A stretch of DNA of 20,020 bases, from contig JBEKDF010000043.1 in the NCBI GenBank assembly GCA_050014495.1, positions 1-20,020 on the forward strand. The letters run 5' to 3'. Source of the DNA: Candidatus Bathyarchaeia archaeon. GTDB lineage: Archaea > Thermoproteota > Bathyarchaeia > TCS64. Below, in pieces: positions 17,237 to 20,020 of this stretch. Each line of letters opens with the position of its first letter. Position 1 is the first letter of the stretch. The notes beneath the pieces were generated by a model, which saw nothing but the letters and a program-made list of their open reading frames with translations, had not been told where the DNA came from and did no database searches. Made by a program: the position numbers and the translations under genes.

Positions 17237-17256
17237 TTTTCAAGAACCCCTTTATA
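17237..17256 (+). promoter_or_regulatory. Promoter of regulator C: TTTTCAAGAA followed by TTTATA
   Basis: TTTTCAAGAA-CCCC-TTTATA, ~32-37 nt before TTG 17288. An upstream inverted repeat TTACCTA (17202-17208)...TAGGTAA (17224-17230) is also present. Confidence 0.6.
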
Positions 17257-17287
17257 GGCACACGAAACAAGCCTAATCCGATCCAAC

Positions 17288-18340
17288 TTGAGCGAAGAGG
17301 ATGACACATACTCAACCATGTTCACTGCGCTCAAACATCCAATTCGGAGGAAGATACTACGAATCGTCAGCCAGTCACCAGTCACCTACACAACGATACT
17401 GAACCAGCTTGGAATCGACAACGGTCTACTAAACTACCACCTCGAAAACATGAGAGCCCTTCTTGCCAAGGATGATGAAGAGCGATACCATCTATCGGAA
17501 TTCGGGAAAGCGTCCATCAACTTAATTCAAAGGGTTGAGGAGATCCCCGCAGCTCAGAAGCCCATGGTTCTTGGGTTGAATACAAAACAGGTGACATCGG
17601 TCCTGCTGATTTTGATAATCGGGCTAGCATCTGTCTCCACGCTACTGGGAGTGAGCTATAACGACCATCAACAATTGGGCAATGTGCTTGCCCAGACCCG
17701 CTCCCAACTCGACTTAACCAATCAGCGATTGCAAAACATCTCCTACCTCCAGACACTCACAAACATCACCAAGTCACCGACCGCGATTGTGCCATCATAC
17801 TTCATGACATTCAACTACGATGAAGGACCACCTCTGGTATGGGATCAGCAAACGTCCATCATCGTCTACTATGTGCCCGTCGATGGCTCGGTTACTCGCC
17901 TCGAACTCATTGTACCCTCTTCAAACAGATACACCCTCGAGCTAACCCTCCAGGATGGTAACGCCTGGAAGAATGAGACCTGGGTGAGGCTAGGAACCGT
18001 CGACCAGGTGTACGGCAAGAACCAGAACGCGTCGTTAGGTTCGAGGGTCGTCTGGCAGGCACCTATAGAGTGGTCGATGAACGTCTCCGATTCAGGAGTC
18101 TACGTGACGCCTCCTCTGAGTAGAGGCTGGCATACGTTGAGCATGTTTGGTCCGATAACCCTCCTCGACAAGCTTGTGGCAAGGGGGGAAGACGACTACT
18201 ACAGGTATCCGATGTTTCACGGCTCTGTAGAGGATCCTTCAGCTTCTGTAAAGATGTATAGCTACAGCGTCGCCATCACCGCTTACGTTCAGAAGAATAA
18301 CGATCCCATCTTCTTCGCTGTGGAAAACCGGAGGTATTAG
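17288..18340 (+). CDS. Membrane-anchored ArsR-like winged-HTH regulator with uncharacterised beta-rich ectodomain (regulator C)
   Basis: MFTALKHPIRRKILRIV...GIDNGLLNYHL...RYHLSEFG, TM, coiled coil; ectodomain motifs SII.YYVP.DGS, TLQ.GNAW.N.T, VWQ.PI.WS, GW.T.SMFGP, FFAV. Confidence 0.88.
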   Translation: MSEEDDTYSTMFTALKHPIRRKILRIVSQSPVTYTTILNQLGIDNGLLNYHLENMRALLAKDDEERYHLSEFGKASINLIQRVEEIPAAQKPMVLGLNTKQVTSVLLILIIGLASVSTLLGVSYNDHQQLGNVLAQTRSQLDLTNQRLQNISYLQTLTNITKSPTAIVPSYFMTFNYDEGPPLVWDQQTSIIVYYVPVDGSVTRLELIVPSSNRYTLELTLQDGNAWKNETWVRLGTVDQVYGKNQNASLGSRVVWQAPIEWSMNVSDSGVYVTPPLSRGWHTLSMFGPITLLDKLVARGEDDYYRYPMFHGSVEDPSASVKMYSYSVAITAYVQKNNDPIFFAVENRRY

Positions 18341-18342
18341 GC

Positions 18343-19290
18343 ATGTGGGATTATGAGGACGGGCTACTCGACTACCACCTGGAAAATATGAGGGAACTCA
18401 TCTCCAAGGGCGAAGATGGCAAGTACAGTCTCTCAGAGTTTGAAAGAGCCGCATTGAGCGTAACTAGGAGGGTCGAGGAACCAGTTCAAAGAAAGACTGG
18501 TGTAAGCGTGTGGACCCTGCTGGGGGTAATAATGATCCTAGTCGTAGCGATGGCTACGTTGTCCGGGTTCTACATTATCCTGTTCAACAATTACCAGTCA
18601 CAGAGCGCAGTGCTCACCGAGACTAGTGCAGCCCTCGAATCCGTGAACACTCGACTTAACAGGATTGCACCGCTTGGCGAGTTGATGAACGTCTCCCAGC
18701 CAGCGACGTGGACGACCTTCGGTATACAGATTGTGAAAGGGTTCCCCATGTCATACAAGTACCAGAACATCTCATCGAACACGTCTCTTAGCGACACTAC
18801 GACCTCCATCATAACATTCTATGTACCGGAAAATGGTTCCACTATACACTTCGATTTGGTGGTGGTGGACCCCGTTAACGTGTATGATCTTCACCCGACG
18901 CTTCAGAGGGGAAACGCGTGGAGAAATGACACAAGGGTCAGTGCCGGAACAGTTGGGAAATACTTCAACCTGACTAATCCTAGTACTCCGAATCTGCAGT
19001 TGACGGTATGGCAGTCACCCATTCTCTGGTCTATTACGACAAACGGTGACGGGGTCTACGAGTCCCCGAAGCTGTCTAAGGGTTGGTATACCTTCAGCAT
19101 GTTTGGTCCGGTAATCGCGTATGGCTCCGCTTCGGATATGGGTATGACTCAGGTTCGTACACTCTACGAGTTTTATCCTCGTTATCCCGGTAACGAGGAG
19201 TATGGGCTGATGAGCTTTAGGGCAGATGCCAGCTTCTCTATACTGCGAAATGGGGAAGCGACCTTCTTCGCAGTTTCAACCGATCACTAA
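18343..19290 (+). CDS. 5'-truncated wHTH-TM-ectodomain paralog (regulator D; lacks the first ~40 aa of the wHTH); possibly a pseudogene
   Basis: Begins at DGLLDYHLENMRELISKGEDGKYSLSEF. The ectodomain is colinear with regulator C. ATG lies 2 nt after the regulator C stop. Confidence 0.75.
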   Translation: MWDYEDGLLDYHLENMRELISKGEDGKYSLSEFERAALSVTRRVEEPVQRKTGVSVWTLLGVIMILVVAMATLSGFYIILFNNYQSQSAVLTETSAALESVNTRLNRIAPLGELMNVSQPATWTTFGIQIVKGFPMSYKYQNISSNTSLSDTTTSIITFYVPENGSTIHFDLVVVDPVNVYDLHPTLQRGNAWRNDTRVSAGTVGKYFNLTNPSTPNLQLTVWQSPILWSITTNGDGVYESPKLSKGWYTFSMFGPVIAYGSASDMGMTQVRTLYEFYPRYPGNEEYGLMSFRADASFSILRNGEATFFAVSTDH

Positions 19291-19351
19291 ATCGAAAAAT
19301 CGCGTAATTTGATAAGATAGTGAAGGTGAATTAGTAGTCACTCAAACAAGA

Positions 19352-19852
19352 GTGGTCGCAGTGAAACAACATACCTTCATCTTCTCGCTTCTTATCATAA
19401 TTCTTCTATCAGTGACACTAATCGGAGCCATAGACCAAAAACCCAGAAATTACACTGCACCTTCACCTAAAACCGAAAATGGTCCACCGTTTACCAGCGT
19501 GGAGGCGATACAAGCCGACATCGACTGGTACAAGACGACCTTCGGAGAAGACCTTTCAGGGCAAAACCTGACGGCGACGCTGTACCTTACCAGATCATTT
19601 CACGTATACGGTACCAATGGAAGCAGCTTCGAGATGCTGAAGGAGGCGATGCTCATCGGAGGAGGATACGCCCCGTGGACGGAGTATAACACTACGGACC
19701 CGGGAACGTACTCGTATCCGCCTGTCTACGGTGATATGACGTATCGATTCGTTTGGGAGGTGAAGGTGAGGGGTTCAAACAGCCTACCCCCGGACGGCTA
19801 CGCTTTCGTCGATGCCTACACCGGGAAGATAATCCCAATGACATTACTGTAA
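19352..19852 (+). CDS. Secreted or anchored stand-alone PepSY-like protein resembling the regulator A ectodomain
   Basis: N-terminal hydrophobic segment; YRFVWEVKV...PPDGYAFVDAYTGKIIPM versus regulator A YRYFWLVTV...RPTGYYEVDAVTGEIIPL. Confidence 0.8.
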   Translation: MVAVKQHTFIFSLLIIILLSVTLIGAIDQKPRNYTAPSPKTENGPPFTSVEAIQADIDWYKTTFGEDLSGQNLTATLYLTRSFHVYGTNGSSFEMLKEAMLIGGGYAPWTEYNTTDPGTYSYPPVYGDMTYRFVWEVKVRGSNSLPPDGYAFVDAYTGKIIPMTLL

Positions 19853-19905
19853 TCCATACCTCTATTTCTGGGAGCGTACAGGCTGGACCAATCAACAATG
19901 CGCGC

Positions 19906-20020
19906 AAGGCTGTTTAGAAATTAAATAATACATCGCATAACTCTTCCTTGAGTGTAGGTTGAACGTTGAGCGTGTGCTTGACTCACTCGACCTAGACTGG
20001 ATACGCATACTTCTATGGAA
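19906..20020 (+). mobile_element. Left end of an IS matching the right end at 1-298
   Basis: GCGCGC (19900-19905) followed by AAGGCTGTTTAGAAATTA. Confidence 0.75.
19959..20020 (+). CDS. Probable transposase N-terminus, 3'-partial
   Basis: TTG start; (M)NVERVLDSLDLDWIRILLW resembles the internal transposase N-terminus TLETLFKNIDLSIAEQQLL and lies 53 nt inside the IS left end. Confidence 0.55.
   Translation, partial: MNVERVLDSLDLDWIRILLW

Noticed and set aside
3354..19290. Diversity-generating retroelement acting on the paralogous ectodomains
   Set aside because: No reverse transcriptase and no near-identical template/variable repeat pair differing only at adenines; the paralogs are broadly diverged.
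299..19905. Classical integron cassette array
   Set aside because: No tyrosine integrase, no attC-like RYYYAAC...GTTRRRY hairpins noticed, and the genes lie in both orientations with their own promoters.

Overview
Archaeal-looking accessory island (short or leaderless BRE/TATA promoters, GGTGA-type Shine-Dalgarno sites; Bathyarchaeia-like protein repertoire is my inference). It lies between two ends of one IS5/IS1182-like element: a right end at 1-298 and a left end at 19906-20020. Two layers stand out. (1) A candidate transmembrane signalling system. Four paralogous ArsR-like winged-HTH/transmembrane/ectodomain regulators with swapped ectodomains are interspersed with secreted PepSY-like proteins, a secreted serpin and other surface proteins. 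Two recurring promoter motifs accompany them: GTTCTA-N5-TAGCATTA (4 copies) and TTYTCRARAA (3 copies). (2) A mosaic built at (GC)n tracts. I count 15 GCGCGC-containing tracts, all intergenic or at gene-truncation points. All four IS ends in the window abut GCGCGC, and the complete internal IS (15781-17065) duplicates it as a 6-bp target site. The window also holds an AT-rich GT2 glycosyltransferase whose stop codon comes from a tnpB/omegaRNA remnant, three genes interrupted by in-frame TAG, and a scrambled, partly inverted moxR relic. All family assignments come from motif recognition by eye, not from database searches.
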